Positions 38,252-48,319 of a stretch of 64,000 nucleotides of DNA are shown here, piece after piece. Position 1 is the first letter of the stretch; each line of letters opens with the position of its first letter. The position numbers were made by a program, and so were the translations under genes. Where the stretch lies: the NCBI GenBank assembly GCA_051859245.1, contig JBHYGA010000001.1:1533722-1597721 (forward strand), written 5' to 3'. Source of the stretch: Gemmatimonadaceae bacterium. GTDB lineage: Bacteria; Gemmatimonadota; Gemmatimonadetes; Gemmatimonadales; Gemmatimonadaceae. The notes beneath the pieces are model-generated. The model did no database searches, had not been told where the DNA came from, and saw only the letters and a program-made list of their open reading frames with translations.

Positions 38252-39796
38252 ATGTCAATGCGCGAGAAACTCGACCGGCTGGCCGCCGCAAGCGTGGCCG
38301 CAGAACAGGGCGGTGGCGCTGAACGCCTCGCGGCCCAGCACGCCAAAGGAAAGCTGTCGGCCCGCGAGCGGCTCGACGTACTGCTCGACGAAGGCTCCTT
38401 CACCGAACTCGATCGCTTCGTCACGTCGCGATCACTGGGCGAGGGCGAGGCGCCCATCTATGGCGATGGTGTGGTCACCGGCTACGGCCGGATCGACGGG
38501 CGGCTGGTGTACGTCTTTTCGCAGGACTTCACCGTGTTTGGCGGCTCGTTGTCCGAAGCGCACGCGGGCAAGATCTGCAAAGTGATGGACCTCGCCATGC
38601 GAAACGGCGCGCCGGTTATTGGCCTCAACGACTCCGGCGGCGCGCGCATTCAGGAAGGCGTGGTGTCGCTGGGTGGCTATGCCGACATCTTTTTGCGCAA
38701 CACGATGGCGAGCGGTGTGATTCCGCAGATCTCGGCGATTCTCGGCCCGTGTGCCGGCGGGGCCGTGTATTCACCGGCGATCACCGATTTCATCTATATG
38801 GTGCGCAAAACGAGCTACATGTTCGTGACCGGGCCGAATGTGGTGAAGACGGTCACACACGAAGACGTCACGATGGAACAGCTTGGTGGCGCGGATACGC
38901 ATGCGTCAACAAGTGGCGTTGCGCATTTTGCACACGATTCAGAACTCGAGAGCTTGCACGCGATTCGCCAACTGTTCCGCTTTATTCCAAGCAACAATGT
39001 TGACGATGCGCCGCGCGGTGCAGGCACTGATCCCGCAACACGTCGCGATGAAGCACTGCTCGACCTGGTGCCGGATCATCCGAATCAGCCGTATGACATG
39101 CGCGAAGTGCTGCGCCGCATTGTTGACGATGGCGACTTCTACGAAGTGCAGCCGGACTACGCCGCGAATATCCTGGTTGGCTTCGCACACCTGGGCGGTC
39201 AGAGCGTGGGCATTGTGGCCAATCAACCAGCCGTGCTCGCAGGTGTGCTCGATATTGACGCGTCACTCAAGGCCGCACGCTTTGTGCGATTCTGTGACTG
39301 CTTCAATATTCCGATTATCACGTTTGAAGACGTGCCCGGATTCCTGCCCGGTGTAACGCAGGAGCACGGCGGCATTATCAAGCACGGCGCCAAGCTGCTG
39401 TACGCGTACTGCGAAGCCACGGTGCCCAAGCTCACCGTGATCACGCGCAAAGCGTACGGTGGGGCATATGACGTGATGAGCTCCAAACACATTCGCGGCG
39501 ATGTGAATCTCGCCTGGCCCACGGCCGAGATCGCGGTGATGGGTGCAAAGGGCGCCGTGGATATTCTGTATCGCAAGGAGATTGCCTCGGCGGACGATCC
39601 TGCGGCAGCCATGGACGCACGCGTTGCCGAATACACGGAAAAGTTTGCCAATCCGTACAACGCCGCGGCACGTGGTTATGTGGATGATGTCATTGATCCG
39701 CGCGACACACGACCGCGGTTGATTGACGCGTTGCAGACGCTGCGGGGCAAGCGCGATCGGAATCCGCCGCGCAAGCACGGCAATCTTCCGCTCTGA
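38252..39796 (+). CDS. pccB: Acyl-CoA (propionyl-CoA-type) carboxylase carboxyltransferase subunit
   Basis: [43 protein letters not shown] and KHGNLPL motifs. Confidence 0.93.
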   Translation: MSMREKLDRLAAASVAAEQGGGAERLAAQHAKGKLSARERLDVLLDEGSFTELDRFVTSRSLGEGEAPIYGDGVVTGYGRIDGRLVYVFSQDFTVFGGSLSEAHAGKICKVMDLAMRNGAPVIGLNDSGGARIQEGVVSLGGYADIFLRNTMASGVIPQISAILGPCAGGAVYSPAITDFIYMVRKTSYMFVTGPNVVKTVTHEDVTMEQLGGADTHASTSGVAHFAHDSELESLHAIRQLFRFIPSNNVDDAPRGAGTDPATRRDEALLDLVPDHPNQPYDMREVLRRIVDDGDFYEVQPDYAANILVGFAHLGGQSVGIVANQPAVLAGVLDIDASLKAARFVRFCDCFNIPIITFEDVPGFLPGVTQEHGGIIKHGAKLLYAYCEATVPKLTVITRKAYGGAYDVMSSKHIRGDVNLAWPTAEIAVMGAKGAVDILYRKEIASADDPAAAMDARVAEYTEKFANPYNAAARGYVDDVIDPRDTRPRLIDALQTLRGKRDRNPPRKHGNLPL

Positions 39797-39803
39797 GCCG
39801 CGC

Positions 39804-41324
39804 ATGTTCAACAAGGTGTTGATCGCCAATCGAGGCGAAATCGCGTTGCGCGTCGTGCGCGCCTGTCAGGAACTCGGCGTGCGCTCGGTGGCCGTGTACT
39901 CCGAAGCCGACGCGCGTGCGCCGCATGTGCGTGAAGCTGACGAAGCGGTATGCATTGGACCGCCGCCGTCGAGTCAGAGTTATCTGCTCGGTGACAAGCT
40001 GATCGAAGTCGCGCTGAAGACCGGCGCCGAGGCGATTCATCCGGGCTACGGATTTCTTTCTGAGCGCGCCTGGTTTGCTCGCGCCGTGCGTGAGGCGGGA
40101 CTCGTGTTTGTGGGGCCTCCAGCGGAAGCCATTGAAGCCATGGGCAGCAAGACTGCCGCGCGACAACTGGTGATCGCCGCTGGCGTGCCCGTGGTGCCCG
40201 GCACCACCACCGCGTTGCGCGATGCAAACGAAGCAGCCGCGATTGCCAACACGTTCGGCTATCCGGTGCTCTTGAAAGCCGCCGCTGGCGGTGGTGGCAA
40301 AGGCATGCGCGTGGTGCGCGCGGCCTCGGAGTTGGAGTCGGCGTTAGCCTCGGCACAACGGGAAGCGCAGAATGCGTTTGGCGATGACGCCGTGTACGTG
40401 GAAAAATACATTGACGGCCCGCGTCACGTGGAAGTACAGGTGCTCGCGGATATGCATGGCAACGTGCTGCATCTTGGTGAACGCGAATGCTCCTTGCAGC
40501 GGCGGCATCAGAAGATGCTCGAGGAAGCGCCTAGTCCTGCAGTGTCAGCGGAGTTGCGCGCACGCATGGGTGAAACAGCGGTCGCCGCGGCGCGTGCGGC
40601 CGGGTATGTGAACGCTGGCACGTGCGAGTTTCTGCTCGACCGCGACGGCCAGTTCTATTTTCTCGAGATGAATACGCGCATTCAGGTGGAGCATCCGGTC
40701 ACCGAACTGGTAATGGGGCTCGACCTGGTGCAGTGGCAGCTCCGTATTGCGGCGGGCGAGCATCTGCCCTTTGAGCAAAAGTCGTTCACGCCGCGCGGTT
40801 GGGCGATTGAGTGTCGCATTACCAGCGAAGATCCAGCCAACGGATTCCTGCCGAGCACGGGTCGCATTACGCATTTGCATCTGCCGAGCGGTCCGGGTGT
40901 GCGCTGGGATGGCGGCATTGAAGCGGGCAGCGAAGTCGGGCTGCACTACGACCCGATGCTGGCCAAGCTGATCGTGCACGCCCCCAATCGGGCGTTGGCG
41001 ATATCGCGCATGCAACGCGCGTTGCGCGAGTTGGTGATTGATGGTGTAGAAACATCGCGTGGTTTTCACCTGCGCTTGCTGGATCATCCGGATGTGCGGA
41101 GTGGCGACATGACCATTCAGTGGCTCGAAGCGCACCTTGATGAATTGACCACGCGCTCCGCGCCGGACGAGACGATTCGCGTCGCGGCGATTGCGGCCGC
41201 ACTGGCGGCGCAGCACGACCGTCAGGAGCGTGCGATACCCACTGTCGCGGATAGCGCGCAGGCGGAAGTGCACGGCGCCAGCTGGCGAGCCGTGGCGCGC
41301 CGAGAAGGTTTGCGTCGCGAATGA
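39804..41324 (+). CDS. accC: Biotin carboxylase subunit
   Basis: LIANRGEIA, HPGYGFLSE, GGGGKGMR, ECSLQRRHQK and EMNTRIQVEH motifs; no C-terminal biotinyl domain. Confidence 0.93.
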   Translation: MFNKVLIANRGEIALRVVRACQELGVRSVAVYSEADARAPHVREADEAVCIGPPPSSQSYLLGDKLIEVALKTGAEAIHPGYGFLSERAWFARAVREAGLVFVGPPAEAIEAMGSKTAARQLVIAAGVPVVPGTTTALRDANEAAAIANTFGYPVLLKAAAGGGGKGMRVVRAASELESALASAQREAQNAFGDDAVYVEKYIDGPRHVEVQVLADMHGNVLHLGERECSLQRRHQKMLEEAPSPAVSAELRARMGETAVAAARAAGYVNAGTCEFLLDRDGQFYFLEMNTRIQVEHPVTELVMGLDLVQWQLRIAAGEHLPFEQKSFTPRGWAIECRITSEDPANGFLPSTGRITHLHLPSGPGVRWDGGIEAGSEVGLHYDPMLAKLIVHAPNRALAISRMQRALRELVIDGVETSRGFHLRLLDHPDVRSGDMTIQWLEAHLDELTTRSAPDETIRVAAIAAALAAQHDRQERAIPTVADSAQAEVHGASWRAVARREGLRRE

Positions 41325-41346
41325 GCGAGTCGCGATTGGGCACGCT

Positions 41347-42756
41347 GTGAGCAACGAGGATGTTGTCGAGCTTGAGGTGACGTCTCTCGCCGCCGGCGGC
41401 GATGGTGTAGCGCGGTGGAATCAACTCGCCGTGTTTATTCCGCGCACCGCCACCGGTGATGTGGTGCGTGCTCGCGTTCGCGCGAAGGCGAACTTTGCAC
41501 GCGGCGCGGTTGAGGCGGTGCTTCGCGCGTCGCCGAATCGTGTCGAGGCGCCCTGCATTCACTTTGTGCGCGATCAATGCGGTGGGTGCCAGTGGCAGCA
41601 TCTGTCAATACACGCGCAGCGCGATGCCAAAACGCAGCTTGTGGTGGACGCGTTTGCGCGGATTGCGCGCACGCCGATTGCTCGGCCCGAAATCTCGGGA
41701 GACGAGCACACCTTGGCGTATCGGCGCACGCTCAGCTTTACGGTGCGTGGAAACAGCGGCAAACGACACGGTGGATTTCACGCGGCCGCGTCACCCGATG
41801 TGATTGTGCCGATCGGGCGGTGTCTCATTGCGCACGCTGACATTCAGAACACATGGGATGTGTTGCGCCGCCACCTTGCGCTGCTGCCTCGCGTGCGTGC
41901 ACACGTGGCGCGCAGTGAGAACGATGCCAAGCGTAACGTGCGCCGGCGGCGCGATGGGCGCGAAGTGCATGACGATTTGCGTGTGTCGCTGCGTCGACTG
42001 GGTGACGAGGCGATTGCGCTGGTGGTCGAGGGCGGCACCATGTGGCGTGACGAGACGATCACCACACTCGCCGCGCAGCTTCCCATGTGTCGTGGCATCT
42101 GGTGGAAGCCCGAAAGTCGCGAGGCGCGGCTGGTTTGGGAGCCGGTGCAGGGGACCGACGACACCGCGCGTGATGCGAATGCCGCGGCGGCGCTCGATGT
42201 CGCGGCAAGTTTCGTGCAGGTGAACGAAGGCGTGGCGGCGCTGATGCACACGTACGTGTACGACCTCGTGCAACGCGAATCACCGACGCACGTGATTGAT
42301 GCGTACGCGGGCACTGGTCGTCTGGCGATTGCACTCACGAACGCGGTCGGAGCAATCGAACCGTCAGCGGGTGCACCAGGCGCCCACATCCGCGTGACCG
42401 CAATCGAACGCGATGTGCGTGCAAGCGCGTACGCCGCAGCCCAGTTCACCGAACCGTCACGCGCTGTGCAAGGCGCGGTGGAAGAACAGCTCGCGCACGC
42501 GTTGCCCGCCGATGTCGTGGTCCTCAATCCGCCGCGCGGCGGGGTCGACCGTGCGGTGACTGAACTGCTGTCTGCCGCCGTGGCACAACCGCATCGTCCA
42601 CGATTGCTGGTGTATGTGAGTTGTGATCCCGCCACGCTCGCGCGCGATGTGGCCCGGCTGACCGGCTGGCGAGTTGAGCACGTGCACTGTTTTGATATGT
42701 TTCCGCAAACTGCGCACGTGGAAACCGTGTGCGTCCTGCGCCCGGAGGCGTTGTGA
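41347..42756 (+). CDS. TRAM-domain RNA uracil-5-methyltransferase (RlmD/TrmA family)
   Basis: TRAM N-terminus, C..CGGC Fe-S motif, FVQVN, DAYAGTG, NPPR, YVSCDP and DMFPQTAHVE. Start uncertain. Confidence 0.88.
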   Translation: MSNEDVVELEVTSLAAGGDGVARWNQLAVFIPRTATGDVVRARVRAKANFARGAVEAVLRASPNRVEAPCIHFVRDQCGGCQWQHLSIHAQRDAKTQLVVDAFARIARTPIARPEISGDEHTLAYRRTLSFTVRGNSGKRHGGFHAAASPDVIVPIGRCLIAHADIQNTWDVLRRHLALLPRVRAHVARSENDAKRNVRRRRDGREVHDDLRVSLRRLGDEAIALVVEGGTMWRDETITTLAAQLPMCRGIWWKPESREARLVWEPVQGTDDTARDANAAAALDVAASFVQVNEGVAALMHTYVYDLVQRESPTHVIDAYAGTGRLAIALTNAVGAIEPSAGAPGAHIRVTAIERDVRASAYAAAQFTEPSRAVQGAVEEQLAHALPADVVVLNPPRGGVDRAVTELLSAAVAQPHRPRLLVYVSCDPATLARDVARLTGWRVEHVHCFDMFPQTAHVETVCVLRPEAL

Positions 42757-43262
42757 AATACATCGTGGATATCGCGGGCCAACGACTCGTGGTGGAGCTC
42801 GATGGCACGCATGTGTCAGTAGATGGCGAACGCGTTCCCGCCACACTGGAATCGATTGACGGAACGCCGGTGCGGCTGCTGCGCGTCGGTGACACGGTGC
42901 ATCGCGTGCTGGCAAAGCGCGATGGCGCGCGCGGCGAGTACACCCTCGACGTGGACGGCTGGCAGTTCCGCGCCGAAGCGCACGACGAGCGCACACGGGC
43001 CATTCGTGATCTGGCCGCGGCGTCGAGAGCCAGCGCCGGTCCATCGCCGTTGGTCGCCCCAATGCCCGGACTCGTGGTCCGCGTGATGGTGGCCGAAGGC
43101 GACGAGGTGGCGGCGGGTCAGGGCCTCGTGGTGGTGGAGGCCATGAAGATGGAGAACGAGCTCCGGGCCGCGGTGGCCGCACGTGTCACGGCCGTGCGAG
43201 CGGTCGCCGGCACGGCCGTGGACAAAGGTGCGGTCCTGGTAGAGCTGGCGGCGCTCTCGTAG
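42753..43262 (+). CDS. Biotin carboxyl carrier protein (BT-like plus biotinyl domain)
   Basis: APMPG and EAMKMEN biotinylation motif; GTGA overlap with the upstream gene. Confidence 0.92.
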   Translation: MKYIVDIAGQRLVVELDGTHVSVDGERVPATLESIDGTPVRLLRVGDTVHRVLAKRDGARGEYTLDVDGWQFRAEAHDERTRAIRDLAAASRASAGPSPLVAPMPGLVVRVMVAEGDEVAAGQGLVVVEAMKMENELRAAVAARVTAVRAVAGTAVDKGAVLVELAALS

Positions 43263-43278
43263 CGCTGCCGCGCCCGCG

Positions 43279-43638
43279 TTACGCGGCCGGAGCCGGTGGC
43301 TTCTGTCGGCGGAGACGGTTCAGGCCTTTCACCACGATGAAGAGGGTGAAGGCCACAATGGCAAAGTCCACGACGTTCTGAATGACGTTGCCGTAGTTGA
43401 TCGTGCCGACGCCGGCCTCCTTGGCCGCCTCGATCGTGGCGTACGTGCCGCCGTCGAGCGCCACGAACAGTCCTTTGAAATCGCGGCCGCCGAGTGCAAG
43501 CCCGACCACCGGCATGATCAGATCGTCCACCAGCGAAGACACGATTTTGTTGAAGGAGGCGCCGATAACCACGCCCACGGCGAGGTCCATAACGTTGCCC
43601 TTGACGGCAAATTCCTTGAACTCGGACATCATTCCCAT
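43279..43638 (-). CDS. mscL: Large-conductance mechanosensitive channel
   Basis: EFKEFAVKGNVMDLAVGVVIG, INYG..IQ..DF. Confidence 0.95.
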   Translation of the reverse strand: MGMMSEFKEFAVKGNVMDLAVGVVIGASFNKIVSSLVDDLIMPVVGLALGGRDFKGLFVALDGGTYATIEAAKEAGVGTINYGNVIQNVVDFAIVAFTLFIVVKGLNRLRRQKPPAPAA

Positions 43639-43726
43639 AACGGGCTCCGAAGAAGAGAAAACGGCGAAAGGGGCACAATGAAGCCTCGCGCGCGGCGTCG
43701 CAAGCCACAATCGCGGCTCACGTCCG

Positions 43727-43755
43727 TTGACAGGTCCTAAGTCTTTGGATATTCT
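43727..43755 (+). promoter_or_regulatory. Sigma70 promoter of rplM-rpsI
   Basis: TTGACA-N17-TATTCT. Confidence 0.75.
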
Positions 43756-43970
43756 ACAAGTCTGTCTTGTTTTGGGTGCCCCGGCAGGCCTCGGGCGCCC
43801 GTGTTCCCAACCAGACTACTCTGCCAGGCACCGTCTGCACGAGCCCTATTGGCCCGTGCGCTCGGCGTCTGGCGGTTACCCCAAGGCAACACCGGTACGT
43901 TGCCTGCCCTTGGATCCCGTGGTGGGGTCCACCCACTGGGACCGGTTTCCGGCCCCCTGTTGATGCTCGC

Positions 43971-44420
43971 ATGAAGACTTACAGCGCTACGCCGAAGGAT
44001 TTTGACCATCGTTGGTACGTGGTAGACGCCGAGGGCATGGTCCTCGGCCGTTTGGCGTCCGAGGTCGCGAAGATCCTCCGCGGCAAGCACAAGCCGATGT
44101 TCACCCCGCACATGGATACCGGTGACTTTGTCATCGTGATCAATGCCGCCAAGGTCCGTGTCACGGGTAACAAGGCCACCCAGAAAACGTACTTCAAGCA
44201 CACCGGCTACATGGGCCACGAGTCGCACACGCCGCTCGCGTCGGTGCTGGCCAAACATCCGGACCGCGTGATTGAGCGGGCGGTGTTCGGTATGCTTCCG
44301 AAGAATGCGCTGTCGCGCGGCACCGTCCGTCGCAAGCTGCGCGTCTACGCGAGCACTGAACATCCGCACACGGCGCAGCAGCCCACGCCGCTGACCTTCT
44401 CGCAGCACGAGGCCAAGTAA
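43971..44420 (+). CDS. rplM: 50S ribosomal protein L13
   Basis: WYVVDA..LGRLAS..LRGKHKP.FTPH.DTGD, GMLPKN, HPHTAQ. Confidence 0.97.
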   Translation: MKTYSATPKDFDHRWYVVDAEGMVLGRLASEVAKILRGKHKPMFTPHMDTGDFVIVINAAKVRVTGNKATQKTYFKHTGYMGHESHTPLASVLAKHPDRVIERAVFGMLPKNALSRGTVRRKLRVYASTEHPHTAQQPTPLTFSQHEAK

Positions 44421-44806
44421 TGTCGACCACGCATGCCATCGGCCGCCGCAAGGAAGCCGTTTGCCGTATTTACCTCACGCCTGGTTCGGGCAAGTGGGAC
44501 ATCAACGGTCGTCAGCTCGGTGAGTTCTTCCCGCGTCCGGCGCTCGTGTCGTCCATCCAGCAGCCGTTTACGGCCACGGATACGCTCGGTCAGTACGATG
44601 TGCGCGCGCTGCTCAGCGGCGGCGGTGTGGCCGGTCAGTCCGGCGCGCTGCGTCTCGCGATTGCGCGTGCACTCGTCAAGGTCGACGAGTCCAACAAGCC
44701 CAAGCTTCGTCCCCTCGGTCTGCTGACGCGCGATGCGCGCTCGGTCGAGCGTAAGAAGCCGGGTCAGCCGGGCGCTCGTAAGAAGTTCCAGTTCTCCAAG
44801 CGTTAA
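44420..44806 (+). CDS. rpsI: 30S ribosomal protein S9
   Basis: GRRKEA, GGG..GQ, LTRDAR.VERKK..ARKKFQFSKR. Confidence 0.97.
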   Translation: MSTTHAIGRRKEAVCRIYLTPGSGKWDINGRQLGEFFPRPALVSSIQQPFTATDTLGQYDVRALLSGGGVAGQSGALRLAIARALVKVDESNKPKLRPLGLLTRDARSVERKKPGQPGARKKFQFSKR

Positions 44807-44828
44807 TCGCTTTCGCGATTACGTCTAT

Positions 44829-44915
44829 CACTCACGCCGTCCGAGTACGAAGCGGGTGCCGATGCCTTCAGGGCGATCGGTCGCTTCGTACGGTGACGAC
44901 GGCGGACGCATAACC
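44829..44915 (+). promoter_or_regulatory. rpsB (S2) autoregulatory leader, t44-like RNA
   Basis: CAC.CAC start; stems CGCCGTC 44835-41/44898-904 and GTACGAAGCG 44845-54/44882-91; GGGTGCC..TCGGT core and GCATAACC end, as recalled for the E. coli rpsB leader. Confidence 0.75.
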
Positions 44916-44929
44916 ACACGTATTGCATC

Positions 44930-45853
44930 ATGGCTAATCCGTCACTTGAACAACTGCTTGCCGCTGGCGTCCATTTCGGACACCAGACGCGCCGCTGGAA
45001 TCCGAAGATGCGCCGGTTCATTTTCGCCGAGCGCAACGGCATCCACATTATCGACCTGCAGAAGACGCTCCGTCAGATCGAACTCGCGCAGAAGCTGGTG
45101 CGTGAAGTCGTACTGCGCGGCGAAAGCGTACTCTTTGTCTGCACCAAGCGTCAGCTCGCCGCCATTGTGCGCGACGAAGCCGATCGTTGCCACTCCATGT
45201 TCGTCACGGAGCGTTGGTTGGGCGGTATGCTTACCAACTTCCAGACGGTCAAGAAGCAGGTCCGCAAGCTGAAAGACCTCGAGGCGGGCTCGGAAGACGG
45301 CACGCTCGCGAACTACACCAAAAAGGAACAGCTGATGATGTCGCGTCAGCGCGAGAAGCTCTCGAAGTATCTCGAGGGCATCAAGAGCATGACGCGCGTG
45401 CCGGGCCTGCTGTTCATCGTGGACAGCAAGAAGGAGCGCATCGCGGTGACGGAAGCCAACAAGCTTGGCATCCCGATTGTCTCCATCTGCGATACGAACG
45501 CTGATCCTGATCTGATCACCGTACCGATCGCCGGTAATGACGACGCGATTCGTTCCGTTGAGCTGATCACGAAGGCCATTGCCGACACGATCGAACAAGC
45601 GCGTCGCGAAGCACCCGCTCGTCCGCAGGAAGACGAGTCGGAGAGCTACGTGTACAGCACGGATCGTGGCGCTGAGCCGGCCGCGAAGAGCGATTCGGAA
45701 GCCGACCGCAAGCGTCGTCGTCCGCGCCGCCGTCGCGCCAAGCCCGAAGCCATTGCGCGTCTGCGCACGGGCGGTGAAGCGGGCGCTGAAGGAGCGGACG
45801 CCGGCGATGCCGACGACGCGGGTGCAGACGAAGGCGCAGCCGGCGACGAGTAA
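44930..45853 (+). CDS. rpsB: 30S ribosomal protein S2
   Basis: AGVHFGHQTRRWNPKM, RWLGGMLTN, DTN.DP and NDDAIRS motifs; long charged C-terminal tail. Confidence 0.97.
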   Translation: MANPSLEQLLAAGVHFGHQTRRWNPKMRRFIFAERNGIHIIDLQKTLRQIELAQKLVREVVLRGESVLFVCTKRQLAAIVRDEADRCHSMFVTERWLGGMLTNFQTVKKQVRKLKDLEAGSEDGTLANYTKKEQLMMSRQREKLSKYLEGIKSMTRVPGLLFIVDSKKERIAVTEANKLGIPIVSICDTNADPDLITVPIAGNDDAIRSVELITKAIADTIEQARREAPARPQEDESESYVYSTDRGAEPAAKSDSEADRKRRRPRRRRAKPEAIARLRTGGEAGAEGADAGDADDAGADEGAAGDE

Positions 45854-46083
45854 CGCCCGCTGGCGGCCCGGGGCGCCCTTATGGGGCGCAACCGTCCGTC
45901 CGGCCTGGTAGTGCGACGCCGCCGGCCCTTCTGCCGGCGGCGTTCGCGTAAGCGGGAGAATGGTGTCGCATGATCATGGTGCGATCGCCATACTTCCAGC
46001 AGCAGACACCGCGCCTGTGCGTTGCAGCGCGGCCATCCGACTTGATATCACGATTGACTCGCCCAGGAGACAGGGTACTGCAT

Positions 46084-46962
46084 ATGAGCACACCGATCAC
46101 CGCCAAGGACGTCGCCGCGCTTCGCGCGCGTACCGGCGCTGGAATGATGGATTGCAAGAAGGCGCTCGAAGAGAACGCGGGCGACATCGATGCGGCCGTG
46201 GAATGGCTGCGCAAGCGTGGTATCGCGAAGGCCGAAAAGCGCGCCGATCGCAGCACGTCCGAGGGCCTGATCGGCTCCGACGTTCGCGCTGAAGGCACGG
46301 TTGGCGTGCTCGTTGAACTCGGCTGCGAAACAGATTTCGTGGCGCGTAACGATGACTTCGGCGCGGTGCTGAATCAGCTCGTTGAAGCCATGGCCACGTC
46401 GGGTGCGGAAGATACCGCCGCGTTCCTCGCATCGAGCATCGAAGGCAAGTCAGTTGACGAGTTCGTGAAGCTCGTGAGCGGCAAGACGGGTGAAGCCGTG
46501 GCCGTGCGTCGTGTCGCGCGCATCGACGCGGGCGCGAACGGTGCGATTGGCGCGTACCGCCATCACAACGGCAAGCTCGCAACGCTCGTGGGTGTGTCGG
46601 CCTCGTCGGCCGATGTCGCGAAGCATCCGGCGGCGCTGGAAGCGGCGAAGTTCATTGCCGAACACATCGCCGCGGCTGCACCAATCGCGGTAGATCGCGA
46701 CGGTGTGCCGGCCGACAAGTTGGAGAGTGAAATGCGCATTGCCGAAGACCAGGCGCGTCAGACCGGCAAGCCCGAGGAGATGATTCAGAAGATCGCCAAG
46801 GGCAAGGTCGAGTCGTACCTCAAGGAAGTCACGCTGCTTCCGCAGGCGTGGGTGCGCGATCCGTCCAAGTCGATTGCCGACGTGCTGAAGGAGCATGGCA
46901 AAGCGGCCGGCGGTGACCTCTCGGTCACGCGTTTTGTGCGCTTCCAGCTCGGCGTCGAATAA
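46084..46962 (+). CDS. tsf: Elongation factor Ts
   Basis: LRARTGAGMMDCKKAL and CETDFVA motifs. Confidence 0.97.
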   Translation: MSTPITAKDVAALRARTGAGMMDCKKALEENAGDIDAAVEWLRKRGIAKAEKRADRSTSEGLIGSDVRAEGTVGVLVELGCETDFVARNDDFGAVLNQLVEAMATSGAEDTAAFLASSIEGKSVDEFVKLVSGKTGEAVAVRRVARIDAGANGAIGAYRHHNGKLATLVGVSASSADVAKHPAALEAAKFIAEHIAAAAPIAVDRDGVPADKLESEMRIAEDQARQTGKPEEMIQKIAKGKVESYLKEVTLLPQAWVRDPSKSIADVLKEHGKAAGGDLSVTRFVRFQLGVE

Positions 46963-46965
46963 CTC

Positions 46966-47721
46966 GTGGCGGATACTCCACAACTAACCGACTCGGATGT
47001 GATGACATCCGAGTCGGTGAAGTACCCCCGCGTGCTGCTCAAGCTCTCGGGCGAAGCGCTCGCGGGTGAACGTGGGCTTGGTTTTGATTTTGACCGGCTC
47101 GCGTTTTTCGCCGAAGAGATCGCTGGTGTCGTGTCGATGGGCGTGCAACTCGGGTTGGTGATTGGCGGCGGCAATATTGTGCGCGGATCGCAGCTCGCCC
47201 CGTTGGGCATGGATCGTGTGTCGGCCGATTACATGGGCATGCTCGGTACGGTGATCAATGCGCTCGCGCTGCAGGACGTGCTGGAGAAGCGCGGACTCGA
47301 TACGCGTGTGATGACGGCGATTCGCATGGAAGAGCTCGCCGAGCCGTACATTCGCCGTCGTGCGATGCGTCACTTTGAAAAGGGGCGCATTGTCATTTTT
47401 GCTGCGGGCACGGGCAATCCGTATTTTTCAACCGATACGGCCGCGGTGTTGCGTGCGATTCAGATGAAAGCAGACATCATCATCAAGGCCACCAGTGTTG
47501 ACGGCGTGTACAATGCGGATCCCAAGAAGGATCCGAATGCAAAGATGTACGAGACCATCAGTTACCGTGACGTGATGATGGGCGAGTTGCGTGTGATGGA
47601 TCAGACGGCCATCACCTTGTGCAAGGAAAACTCGCTTCCACTGATCGTCTTGAACATTCACCAACCAGGCGCGGTTGCGGCGGCGGTCCGCGGTACGCGC
47701 ATAGGGACTCTCGTGTCATGA
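46966..47721 (+). CDS. pyrH: UMP kinase
   Basis: [25 protein letters not shown] and GNPYFSTD motifs. Start uncertain. Confidence 0.96.
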   Translation: MADTPQLTDSDVMTSESVKYPRVLLKLSGEALAGERGLGFDFDRLAFFAEEIAGVVSMGVQLGLVIGGGNIVRGSQLAPLGMDRVSADYMGMLGTVINALALQDVLEKRGLDTRVMTAIRMEELAEPYIRRRAMRHFEKGRIVIFAAGTGNPYFSTDTAAVLRAIQMKADIIIKATSVDGVYNADPKKDPNAKMYETISYRDVMMGELRVMDQTAITLCKENSLPLIVLNIHQPGAVAAAVRGTRIGTLVS

Positions 47722-48272
47722 GCTCTGTTGCCCAGATTCTGAAAGATTGTCGTAGCGGAATGGAAAAGGCGGTTGAGGCTTCCAAGCGCGACTTCTCCGG
47801 TATTCGTTCCGGCAAGGCGTCGCCGAACATGCTCGACACGGTTCGTGTCGAAGTGTACGGCTCCATGATGGCGCTCAATCAGGTGGCGAGTGTATCCGCG
47901 CCAGAGCCGCGCATTCTCATGGTGCAGCCGTTCGATAAGGGACAGGCCAAGGTGATCGAGAAGGCAATTCGCGATTCCGATCTTGGTCTTGAGCCGTCGA
48001 ATCAGGGTGGGGTGATTCGCGTACCGTTGCCGCAGATGACGGAAGAGCGTCGTAAGGAACTGGTGAAGGTGTTGCACAAGCTGGCCGAAGAAGGCAAGGT
48101 CGCTGTTCGCCACGCACGCACGGATGCACGCGACAAGATCAAAAAGCTTGACGGCGTTTCAGAAGACGACAAGAAGCACGGCGAAAAAGACTTGCAGAAG
48201 GTGCACGACGAGTTCATCGCGAAGATCGAGAGTCTCGTCAAGGCGAAGGAAGTCGAGGTGATGGAAGTCTGA
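47718..48272 (+). CDS. frr: Ribosome recycling factor
   Basis: [29 protein letters not shown] overlap with pyrH. Confidence 0.96.
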   Translation: MSSVAQILKDCRSGMEKAVEASKRDFSGIRSGKASPNMLDTVRVEVYGSMMALNQVASVSAPEPRILMVQPFDKGQAKVIEKAIRDSDLGLEPSNQGGVIRVPLPQMTEERRKELVKVLHKLAEEGKVAVRHARTDARDKIKKLDGVSEDDKKHGEKDLQKVHDEFIAKIESLVKAKEVEVMEV

Positions 48273-48319
48273 GTAAACCGTTCCGGCGCGATTCCTTTCC
48301 CCAGCCCGCAACATCAGCC

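Noticed and set aside
37981..38457. N-terminal extension of the PEP-CTERM ORF
   Set aside because: It overlaps pccB and the sigma-54 promoter. The signal peptide begins at ATG 37980.
13845..43262. Claim of a complete autotrophic 3-HP bi-cycle
   Set aside because: Only Pcs, Mcr and one carboxylase are visible. The remaining enzymes are not in the window.
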